From contig CAWAMD010000005.1 of the NCBI GenBank assembly GCA_963783045.1, forward strand, positions 1,012,645 to 1,036,644: a DNA stretch of 24,000 bases. Reading direction: 5' to 3'. Both the position numbers and the translations under genes were made by a program. Shown here in pieces: positions 8,611 through 15,922 of the stretch. The notes below the pieces were generated by a model. That model was not told where the DNA came from. It was given only the letters and a program-made list of their open reading frames with translations, and searched no databases. Position 1 is the first letter of the stretch; each line of letters starts with the position of its first letter. This DNA is from an uncultured Nitriliruptorales bacterium. Its GTDB lineage: Bacteria > Actinomycetota > Nitriliruptoria > Nitriliruptorales > Nitriliruptoraceae.

Positions 8611-8630
8611 TCGTTGTCATCTCGTTGTCA
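8611..8630. repeat. Tandem direct repeat TCGTTGTCA-tc-TCGTTGTCA at the island/core junction
   Basis: Read directly: tcgttgtca at 8611-8619 and 8622-8630. It is embedded between imperfect inverted arms CGTTTTCGTT (8606-8615) and AACGAAACCG (8648-8657, one mismatch). This is a locally AT-richer 57-bp gap between the integrase stub and the NYN gene. Confidence 0.6.
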
Positions 8631-8661
8631 CGAGCGCAACCCCGAGGAACGAAACCGCAGG

Positions 8662-9756
8662 TCAGGCCGGGATCTCGACGCCCTCGACGTAGAGGTAGTA
8701 CTCCTCGTCGTCGTCCTCCCAGTCCATCTCGACGTAGCCGCGCGTGACGGCCGCCTTGCAGAACTGGAGGAAGCCGGAGTAGCCGAAGTCCTTCTCGGAG
8801 AAGTCGGGCTCGCGCTTGCGCAGCTGGTCCTTGAGGCCGGACAGGGGCGGGTCGCCACCGAGCTCCTTCATGAGATCGCGAACAACGTCCCGCAGCAGCT
8901 CGAATGCCTTCTCCTCCGACTTGTCCTTGTCGGGGAAGTCGACCTCCGGGTCGCCGGGGGCGCTGCCCTCCGTCAGGCTGATGAGCCCGTCCGACTCGAG
9001 GTGGCGCAGGAACTCCCGGAAGCCGCGGAAGCCGTAGTCCATCTCCGAGAACGTCGGATCCTTGCGCAGCAGCGCACGCTTGAGGTTGGACGCCTGGATG
9101 GCGCCGGCCGCCGATGACTGCAGGCCGGACAGCGTCTTCGTGATGAGTCGCTTCAGTGCCTCGAGGTCCTGCTTCTGCGACGACTTCTTCGCGTGGCTGG
9201 TGTGCTTGCCGTTGCCCTTCGCACCGCTCGACTTCTTGCGGCTCGGGCCGCCACTGCTCTTGCTGTCGCGGCGGCTGATGCCCTCGAGCCGGTCGAAGAA
9301 GATGAACTCGTCGCACGCCGGTGGGAGCATCTGGGACGTCGAGCCCTTGAGGCCCACCCCGATCACCCGCTTGTTGTGCTCGCGGAGCTTGCTCACCAGC
9401 GGCGTGAAGTCGGAGTCCCCGGACACGATCACGAACACCGAGACGTAGTCGCGGGTCATCGCGAGCTCCATGGCGTCGACCGCCATCTGGATGTCCGCGG
9501 CGTTCTTGCGCACCGAGTCGGAGCGCTGGGGGATCTCGATCAGCTCGACGTTGCCGTCCACCATGCCTCGACGATCCTCACGGAACAGGTTCCAGTCCGC
9601 GTAGGAGCGCCGCACGATGAGGCGGCCCCGTTCGGCGAGTGCGTCGAGCAGCGGAGCCAGCTCGAACTTCACGCCGATGTCGCGAGCGCCGATCGCCACG
9701 TTCTCGTGGTCGATGAAGAGCGCCAGCCGGTCTTCTGAGGGTTCGTTGTTCGCCAT
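8662..9756 (-). CDS. NYN-domain (LabA/DUF88-like) protein with two C-terminal OST-HTH/LOTUS-like modules
   Basis: N-terminus LALFIDHENVAIGA...VFVIVSGDSDFTPLVSKLREHNKRVIGVG is the NYN/LabA pattern. A Ser/Lys-rich linker follows. Then two related modules: KDPTFSEMDYGFRGFREFLRHLESDGLISL and REPDFSEKDFGYSGFLQFCKAAVTRGYVEM. Clean 364-aa ORF with ATG at 9756. Confidence 0.85.
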   Translation of the reverse strand: MANNEPSEDRLALFIDHENVAIGARDIGVKFELAPLLDALAERGRLIVRRSYADWNLFREDRRGMVDGNVELIEIPQRSDSVRKNAADIQMAVDAMELAMTRDYVSVFVIVSGDSDFTPLVSKLREHNKRVIGVGLKGSTSQMLPPACDEFIFFDRLEGISRRDSKSSGGPSRKKSSGAKGNGKHTSHAKKSSQKQDLEALKRLITKTLSGLQSSAAGAIQASNLKRALLRKDPTFSEMDYGFRGFREFLRHLESDGLISLTEGSAPGDPEVDFPDKDKSEEKAFELLRDVVRDLMKELGGDPPLSGLKDQLRKREPDFSEKDFGYSGFLQFCKAAVTRGYVEMDWEDDDEEYYLYVEGVEIPA

Positions 9757-9835
9757 GCCACCAGCCTAACCACCCGCCACCTACGATCTCGACCACAGGG
9801 GACGTCCGACAGGTCGAAGACCGGGATGGGAGCGC

Positions 9836-11053
9836 GTGGTGGGCGGGAGGCAGCAGGACGTGGTCCGGTACGGCGACGCGCTTCGCCACCCGGTCGTGCG
9901 CCACCTGTGGCTTGCCACGGCCGTCTCCGTGGTCGGTGACTACATCGGCCTGTCGGCGCTCATGCTCGTGGCCCACGCCCGCAGCGGGCTCGTCCTCGGA
10001 GCGGCCGCCATCTTCGCCGTCGGCGCACTGCCCGGGCTCCTGTCAGGGGTGCTGGCCGGCAGCTGGCTGGACCAGATCCCGCGCGGGCGCGCACTCGTCG
10101 GACTGCAGCTCGCCGGCGCCGCCACCGTCCTGCTGCCCCTGCTGCTCGGCGGACTCGCGCCCGTCTTCGCCGCGGCGGCGGTGCTCGGCGCCATCCGCAC
10201 GGCCGTCGTGTCCGTGCGGTCCGCGGCCATGGCCGAGGGCGTCCCCGACGAGCTGCGCGGCCCCCTGCTCGCCATGCTCGGCACGACCGAGCAGACGAGC
10301 CAGGTCATCGGCTTCGGTGCCGGCACCTCCCTCGTGCTGTGGGTCGGCGCGTCCACGGCCCTGCTCGTGGACGTCGTCAGCTTCCTGGTGGGCGCCTGGT
10401 TCCTCGCGAAGCTCTCGTTCGGGCGACCCCACCGGCGTGAGCGTCCACCGGTGACAGCGGGCTTCCACGACATCTGGGATCACCCGGTGCTGCGGCTGCT
10501 CGCGGTGCTCGTCTGCGTGACGGCGATGGTCGGCGCGCTCCCGGAGGCGCTCGCGGCGGGCGCCGCCCAGGGGAGCGCGTGGGCGCCGCTCGTCTTCGCG
10601 GCCGCGCCGGCCGGGCAGGCCGCGACGATGGTCCTCATCGGCCGGCTCCCCCACGTCGGCCGCCCGTCGGTGCAGCTCACCCACCTCGCCTGGCTGTCGC
10701 TGGCCTTCGGCATCGCGGCGCTGGGGCGGACGCCGGCGTGGTTCGCCGCAGCGAACTTCCTGATCGGCTCCGGCGCCGCCTGGGTCATCGGACCGCAGCT
10801 CACCTTCGTCCGTCTCGCCCCGGCCACACGGATGGCGCAGATCACCGGCACGATGATCGCCGCCCTGATCGCCGCCGAAGGGATCGGCACACCGTTGTTC
10901 GCCGCACTGGCGGACGAGGTCTCGGTATCGGCGGCCTACTGGCTGGCGGGCGTCGTCGTGCTCGTGGCCGCGCTCGCGGGCTGGTTCCTCAAGGAACGCA
11001 CGCCGGCGGCGCTGGCGCTGGACGAGAACCCCGCACCGGCGCCCGGTGGCTGA
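9836..11053 (+). CDS. MFS transporter (EntS/MFS_3-like)
   Basis: 405 aa, uniformly hydrophobic with multiple predicted TM segments. N-terminus FRHLWLATAVSVVGDYIGLSALMLVA and GVLAGSWLDQIPRGRAL resemble the MFS motif-A region. GTG start at 9836. The exact start is uncertain. Confidence 0.8.
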   Translation: MVGGRQQDVVRYGDALRHPVVRHLWLATAVSVVGDYIGLSALMLVAHARSGLVLGAAAIFAVGALPGLLSGVLAGSWLDQIPRGRALVGLQLAGAATVLLPLLLGGLAPVFAAAAVLGAIRTAVVSVRSAAMAEGVPDELRGPLLAMLGTTEQTSQVIGFGAGTSLVLWVGASTALLVDVVSFLVGAWFLAKLSFGRPHRRERPPVTAGFHDIWDHPVLRLLAVLVCVTAMVGALPEALAAGAAQGSAWAPLVFAAAPAGQAATMVLIGRLPHVGRPSVQLTHLAWLSLAFGIAALGRTPAWFAAANFLIGSGAAWVIGPQLTFVRLAPATRMAQITGTMIAALIAAEGIGTPLFAALADEVSVSAAYWLAGVVVLVAALAGWFLKERTPAALALDENPAPAPGG

Positions 11054-11056
11054 CGC

Positions 11057-11710
11057 CTAGCCCACGCACAGGTCGAGGTCGAGCAGCGCCGACAGCGCCG
11101 ACGCCGTGCTCTGGTCGTCGCGGTGGACGACCCCCTTCATCCCGATGGCCTCGGCCGCCTCGACGTTGAGGTCGAGGTCGTCCACGAACACGCACGCCTC
11201 GACCGGCAGGCCCAGCCGGTCGGCCGCGAGCCGGAAGATGCGCGGGTCGGGCTTGCGCAGCCCCACCTCGCCGGAGATGACGACCGTGTCGAAATGGGCG
11301 GCGATCTTCTCGCGCGGGTACCCCTCGGTGCCCCACGAGTTCGACAGCAGGCCGGTGTGCACACCGGCGCCGTGCGCCTGCGCGACCAGGTCCCAGACGC
11401 GGCCCTCGGGGGTGAGCTCGCCGAAGAGACGGGTCTTGATGTCGGCCGCCGGCACCTCGAAGCCGATCCCGGCGAACAGCCCGGCCAGGGCGGACTCGAA
11501 GTCCTCCGGGCTCGTCTGGCCACGCTCGTACCGGGCGATCGGGTTGTGCTCGGCGTCACGCTCGTAGGCTTCCGCGAGCATGCGCAGCACCGTCCCGGAC
11601 GGCAGCTCGTGGGTGCGCTCGAACGCCCGGAACGAGGGGCCCAGCGACGCGGTCAGCACCCCGCCGTAGTCGACGAGGAGCCCGCGCCCGGCCGACGACC
11701 CGCCGCTCAT
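11057..11710 (-). CDS. HAD-superfamily hydrolase (subfamily IA, epoxide-hydrolase N-terminal-like phosphatase)
   Basis: Motif I LLVDYGGVL, motif II GLLSNS, motif III/IV KPDPRIF...VFVDDLDLNVEAAEAIGM. Its ATG overlaps the stop of the upstream kinase gene (ATGA at 11707-11710). Confidence 0.85.
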   Translation of the reverse strand: MSGGSSAGRGLLVDYGGVLTASLGPSFRAFERTHELPSGTVLRMLAEAYERDAEHNPIARYERGQTSPEDFESALAGLFAGIGFEVPAADIKTRLFGELTPEGRVWDLVAQAHGAGVHTGLLSNSWGTEGYPREKIAAHFDTVVISGEVGLRKPDPRIFRLAADRLGLPVEACVFVDDLDLNVEAAEAIGMKGVVHRDDQSTASALSALLDLDLCVG

Positions 11711-12744
11711 CGGCCGACCTGCTCGGCCGTCGCCGCGGCCCGCTCGGCCAGCCGGATGACGATGTCGCCGAACTGCTTGAAGCTGTCGTCCGTCTCGCCG
11801 TAGGCGCCGGCGGAGAAGCGGGCGTAGACCCCCTCGAGGATGACGGCGAGCTTCCAGAAGCCGAACGCGACGTAGTAGTCGAGCTCGGACAGGTCACGAC
11901 CGGACCGCTCGGCGTAGCGCTGCGCCACCTCGGCACGGCGCGGGAACCCGTCGGCGGTCGTCGGGGCCGACAGCAGCGGCACGGTCTCGTCGCCCGGCTC
12001 GGACCAGTACACCATGAGCAGGCCCACGTCGGCGAGCGGGTCGCCGAGCGTGCAGAGCTCCCAGTCGAGGACCGCGCGGACCTCGCCGGTCGGGGCGAGG
12101 ATGAGGTTGTCGAGCCGGTAGTCGCCGTGGACGATCGTCGCGTCCTGCTGGGCGGGGATGGCTGCGGCGAGCCGGTCGTGGACCTCGTCGATGAGCGGGA
12201 CCTCGCGGGCCTTGCCCTTCTCGTACTGGCCGTGCCAGCGGTGCAGCTGCCGGGCGATGTAGTCCTGCTTCCGGCCGAGGTCCCCGAGGCCGACGGCGTC
12301 CGGGTCGACGGCGTGCAGGGAGACGAGCACGTCGACCAGCGACTCGGTGGCCCGCCGCCGACCGGCCTCGTCGAGGACGTTCTCGGCGGCCTGCAGGTCA
12401 CGGATGACCGGTCCGTCCACGAAGTCCATGACGTAGAAGGGCGCCCCGATCACGTCGCCGTCGGGCTCGAACCCGACCGTGGGCGGGACCGGCACGTCGG
12501 TGTCCGCGAGCGCGGCGATGATGCGGTGCTCGCGTCCCATGTCGTGGGCCGACTCGAGGACGCTGTGCAGCGGCGGCCGGCGCAGGACCCAGTGCCGTCC
12601 GTCGGTGTCGCTCACCGTGAAGGTCAGGTTCGACCGGCCGCCCTGGATGACCTCGAAGTCGAGAGGTGGCGCCACCGTGGCCACCCGCTCGGCCAGCCAG
12701 TCCGCGACGGCTCCTGCGTCGACGCCCTCCACGTGCTCGCTCAT
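11707..12744 (-). CDS. Phosphotransferase-family protein (APH/choline-kinase-like fold)
   Basis: GGRSNLTFTV (nucleotide-binding-loop-like), HGDYRLDNLIL (catalytic loop) and VLDWELCTLGDPLADV (DxE/D motif). I prefer ATG 12744 (MSEHVEGVD...), which is preceded by GGGAGG (complement of 12750-12755), over the tracked start 12807. Confidence 0.85.
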   Translation of the reverse strand: MSEHVEGVDAGAVADWLAERVATVAPPLDFEVIQGGRSNLTFTVSDTDGRHWVLRRPPLHSVLESAHDMGREHRIIAALADTDVPVPPTVGFEPDGDVIGAPFYVMDFVDGPVIRDLQAAENVLDEAGRRRATESLVDVLVSLHAVDPDAVGLGDLGRKQDYIARQLHRWHGQYEKGKAREVPLIDEVHDRLAAAIPAQQDATIVHGDYRLDNLILAPTGEVRAVLDWELCTLGDPLADVGLLMVYWSEPGDETVPLLSAPTTADGFPRRAEVAQRYAERSGRDLSELDYYVAFGFWKLAVILEGVYARFSAGAYGETDDSFKQFGDIVIRLAERAAATAEQVGR

Positions 12745-12811
12745 GCTCGCCTCCCGAACGATCCGTTCGGGAGCGTTCCACATGAGGGCACGCGGCGCGA
12801 AGCCCACGCTC

Positions 12812-13261
12812 CTACGGGGTGCGCACGTCCGGGCTGCAGAGGCTGTCCACAGCGGTCATCGCGTCGACGATGTCGTCGCTCGTGCCCTCGGCGACCACGC
12901 CCTGGTCGCTGGCCACCAGCCACACGCCGGCGCCGTCGTGCTTCGCGGCCACGATGTACTCGGGGTGGTCGGTGCTGCCCGTGCGGCACACCGCGTGGGT
13001 GTGGTGATCCGGGTCCGACCGGACGAAGCCCTGCTGCTCGAGCTGGGTGATGGTCGAGGCGAACGATCCCGAGTCGTCCATGACGCTGAACTCGAGCTTG
13101 GACATCGCCCGGACGTCGGACTTGCTCATCGCGTCCCAGGCCTTCTGGCGCTGGTTCAGGAAGACCGGGACCGCGATGGCGGCCAGGATGCCGATGACGA
13201 TGACGACCACGAGGAGCTCCACGAGCGAGAACCCCCGCTCGTCGGCGAACAGTCGCTGCAT
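12812..13261 (-). CDS. Type IV pilin-like protein with prepilin-type N-terminal cleavage/methylation signal
   Basis: MQRLFADERG|FSLVELLVVVIVIGILAAIAVPVF is a class III signal: Gly at -1, Phe at +1, Glu at +5, then a hydrophobic helix. Two Cys residues in the C-terminal third (AVCRTG..., DSLCSPD) could form a D-region disulfide. Confidence 0.8.
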   Translation of the reverse strand: MQRLFADERGFSLVELLVVVIVIGILAAIAVPVFLNQRQKAWDAMSKSDVRAMSKLEFSVMDDSGSFASTITQLEQQGFVRSDPDHHTHAVCRTGSTDHPEYIVAAKHDGAGVWLVASDQGVVAEGTSDDIVDAMTAVDSLCSPDVRTP

Positions 13262-13336
13262 GGGTCCGTCCCGGTTTCGTTAGTGGTCCTCGAGGGTCAT
13301 CGACGCGCGTCGGGCGCGACTTGAACGGTGGCGGGC

Positions 13337-13365
13337 TTGGCCGTGACGTCGTGCGCTCGTAGCCT
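13337..13365 (+). promoter_or_regulatory. Candidate bioA promoter TTGGCC-N17-TAGCCT, implying a leaderless or near-leaderless transcript
   Basis: ttggcc at 13337-13342 and tagcct (TANNNT) at 13360-13365, with a 17-nt spacer. The bioA ATG at 13374 is only 8 nt downstream of the -10 element. No purine-rich SD precedes it (ctgaccgaccATG). Confidence 0.3.
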
Positions 13366-13373
13366 GACCGACC

Positions 13374-14747
13374 ATGGACACGAGAACCCGCGACCTGGCC
13401 GCCCGCGACCACCGCTTCGTCTGGCATCCGTTCACCCAGCACGAGCGGTGGGCGGCGGCTGAGCCGCTGGTCGTCGAGCGGGGTGAGGGGTGCTGGCTCG
13501 TCGCGACCGACGGTCGCCGATACCTCGACGGCAACTCGTCGCTGTGGGTCAACCTGTGGGGCCATGACCGTCCCGAGCTGCTGGCGGCACTGCACGCCCA
13601 GGTCGACGCGCTCCCCCACGCGACGTTCCTCGGGTTGACGAACCCGCCGGCCATCTCGGTCGCGCAGCGGCTCGTGGAGCTGGCGCCCGAGGGGCTGACC
13701 CGGGCGTTCTTCAGCGAGAACGGCGCCGCGGCGGTCGAGGTCGCCCTGAAGATGGCGTTCGCCTACTGGCGGCACCGGGGCGACGACGACCGCGACCTGT
13801 TCGTGTGCCTCGACAACGCCTATCACGGCGACACGATCGGGGCCGTCAGCGTCGGCGGCAACGACACCTTCCACGCGCTCTACGGCGACCTGCTCTTCGA
13901 AACCCGTCGGATCGCGTCGCCCTACTGCTACCGCTGCCCCCTGGGGCTGACCCACCCCTCGTGCGACCTCGCGTGCGCCGACACGCTCGAGGACGTGCTC
14001 GCGGCCGAGGGCCACCGGGTGGCGGCCGTGATCACCGAGCCGCTCGTGCAGGGCGCCTCGGGGATCATCACCGCCCCCGACGGGCATCTGCGTCGGCTGC
14101 GCGAGATCTGCGACCGCCACGGGGTCCTGCTGATCGTCGACGAGGTCGCGACCGGCTTCGGTCGGACCGGTGCGGCCTTCGCGAGCGAGCTCGACGGGAT
14201 CAGTCCCGACCTGATGGCCGTCGGCAAGGGGCTGACCGGCGGCTACCTGCCGATGAGCGCGACGCTCGCGACCGAGGAGATCTACGAGGCCTTCCTCGGC
14301 GGGCCGGAGGACGGCCGCACGCTCTACCACGGCCACTCCTACGCCGGCAACCCGCTGGCGGCGGCCGTGGCCGACGCGAACCTGGCCCTGTTCGTGGCCG
14401 AGGACCTGCCGGCGATGGTGCGCGAGAAGGCGGCCGTGCTCGCCGACGCGCTCACCGCCCTCGACGAGCTGCCACACGTCGGCGACGTCCGGCAACGCGG
14501 GCTGATGTGCGGCGTCGAGCTCGTCGCCGACCGCGACACCCGGGAGCCGTTCCCGGCCGGCCTCCTCGTCGGCGAGCGGGTCTGCGAGGCGCTGCGCGAG
14601 GACGGGATCATCCTGCGTCCGCTCGGCGACGTGCTCGTGCTCATGCCGGCGCCGGCCATGGCGGTGCGGGACCTGCGCTTCCTCGTCGAGCGCACCGCGG
14701 CCGCGGTCGCGCGCGTGACCAGCGCCCTCTCGGGTGTCCCGGCGTGA
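13374..14747 (+). CDS. bioA: Adenosylmethionine-8-amino-7-oxononanoate aminotransferase
   Basis: 457 aa: HRFVWHPFTQH, YLDGNSSLWVNLWGH, AYHGDTIGAVSVGG, LIVDEVATGFGRTG, AVGKGLTGGYLPMSATL (PLP-Lys region). This is the class-III aminotransferase BioA pattern, and it heads a bio operon. Confidence 0.93.
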   Translation: MDTRTRDLAARDHRFVWHPFTQHERWAAAEPLVVERGEGCWLVATDGRRYLDGNSSLWVNLWGHDRPELLAALHAQVDALPHATFLGLTNPPAISVAQRLVELAPEGLTRAFFSENGAAAVEVALKMAFAYWRHRGDDDRDLFVCLDNAYHGDTIGAVSVGGNDTFHALYGDLLFETRRIASPYCYRCPLGLTHPSCDLACADTLEDVLAAEGHRVAAVITEPLVQGASGIITAPDGHLRRLREICDRHGVLLIVDEVATGFGRTGAAFASELDGISPDLMAVGKGLTGGYLPMSATLATEEIYEAFLGGPEDGRTLYHGHSYAGNPLAAAVADANLALFVAEDLPAMVREKAAVLADALTALDELPHVGDVRQRGLMCGVELVADRDTREPFPAGLLVGERVCEALREDGIILRPLGDVLVLMPAPAMAVRDLRFLVERTAAAVARVTSALSGVPA

Positions 14748-15922
14748 CCGGTCCGCTCGCCTGGCTCGACGACGCCCTGGCCGAGCTCGACGCGGCCACG
14801 CTGCGCCGCTCCCTGCGTCACCACCGCGGCCCGGCCGGCCCCTGGCTCGACCTCGAGGTCGACGGCGGCAGCCGCCGGGTCCTGCACCTGTGCAGCAACT
14901 CCTACCTGGGCCTGGCGGAGCACCCTGCGGTGATCGAGGCCGCCGCTGATGCCGCCCGTCGCTTTGGGACGGGCTCGGGCGCCTCGCGGCTGATCACCGG
15001 CGGACAGTCGCTGCACCGCGACCTCGAGAAGGACCTCGCGGGATGGAAGGGCACCGACGACGCCGTGCTGCTGTCCTCGGGGTACCTCGCGAACCTGGCG
15101 GTGGTCACGGCGCTGGTCGGCCGCGGCGACACGGTGGTCTCCGACGCGTTGAACCACGCCTCGATCGTGGACGCGTGCCGGCTGTCAGGTGCCGAGGTCC
15201 GCGTCTACCGTCACGGCGACGCGACGCACGCGGAGCGGCTGCTCGCGGACGCGCCCGGCCGCCGGCTGCTGGTCACCGACGGCGTGTTCTCGATGGACGG
15301 GGACCTCGCGCCACTCCCGGCGCTGTGCGACGCCGCCGAACGTCACGGCGCGGCGGTCGTCGTCGACGACGCGCACGGGTCGGGCGTCGTCGGTCCTGAC
15401 GGGCGCGGCACCGCCGCGCTGCTCGGCTGCGACGACCGGGTCGACGCGATCGTCGGCACGCTGTCCAAGGCCCTCGCCAGCACCGGCGGGTACGTCGCCG
15501 GGAGCGCCACCCTCGTGGAGTGGCTCCGCAACCGTGCCCGGCCCTTCATCTTCGACACCGCCCTGGCGGCCCCGGCGGTCGCCGCCGCCCACGCAGCGCT
15601 GACGATCGCCCGGCGCGAACCGCACCGGCGTACCCGGGTGTGCGCCCTCGCGACGCGGCTCGCGGACGCCCTGCGGAGCGCCGGCTACGACGTGCCGGTC
15701 CCCCGCGCGGCGATCGTGCCGGTCCTCATCGGCGACAACGACCGGGCGCTCGCGGCGATGCAGCATCTGCTCGCCCGTGACGTGCTCGCCGTTGCGGTCC
15801 GCCCCCCGTCGGTGCCGCCGGGGACCGCTCGGCTGCGAGCGACGGTGATGGCCACCCACACCGATGCCGACATCGCCCACGCCGTCGCGGTGTTCACCGA
15901 TGCGCTGGCGGCCGCCGCATGA
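14744..15922 (+). CDS. bioF: 8-amino-7-oxononanoate synthase
   Basis: GTG 14744 overlaps the bioA TGA (GTGA). LHLCSNSYLGLAEHP, GSGASRLITG, SDALNHASIVD, VVDDAHGSGVVGPDGRG, GTLSKALASTGGYV (PLP-Lys). 392 aa. Confidence 0.9.
   Translation: MTGPLAWLDDALAELDAATLRRSLRHHRGPAGPWLDLEVDGGSRRVLHLCSNSYLGLAEHPAVIEAAADAARRFGTGSGASRLITGGQSLHRDLEKDLAGWKGTDDAVLLSSGYLANLAVVTALVGRGDTVVSDALNHASIVDACRLSGAEVRVYRHGDATHAERLLADAPGRRLLVTDGVFSMDGDLAPLPALCDAAERHGAAVVVDDAHGSGVVGPDGRGTAALLGCDDRVDAIVGTLSKALASTGGYVAGSATLVEWLRNRARPFIFDTALAAPAVAAAHAALTIARREPHRRTRVCALATRLADALRSAGYDVPVPRAAIVPVLIGDNDRALAAMQHLLARDVLAVAVRPPSVPPGTARLRATVMATHTDADIAHAVAVFTDALAAAA

Noticed and set aside
8281-8661. tRNA gene as integration target next to the integrase stub
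   Set aside because: I could not find a cloverleaf-compatible sequence, GTTCGAATC-like T-loop or CCA-adjacent acceptor stem by eye. This should still be confirmed with tRNAscan-SE.
13321-13326. TGAAC half-site upstream of bioA as a BioQ-type operator
   Set aside because: Only one half-site is present. No GTTCA partner lies at the expected 3-nt spacing, so there is no support for a BioQ palindrome.
12741-14495. 584-aa - strand ORF (also 15685..16821 -, 16428..17537 -, 14339..15157 -)
   Set aside because: These are shadow ORFs antisense to bioA, bioF, bioD and bioB. The + strand products have textbook motifs.
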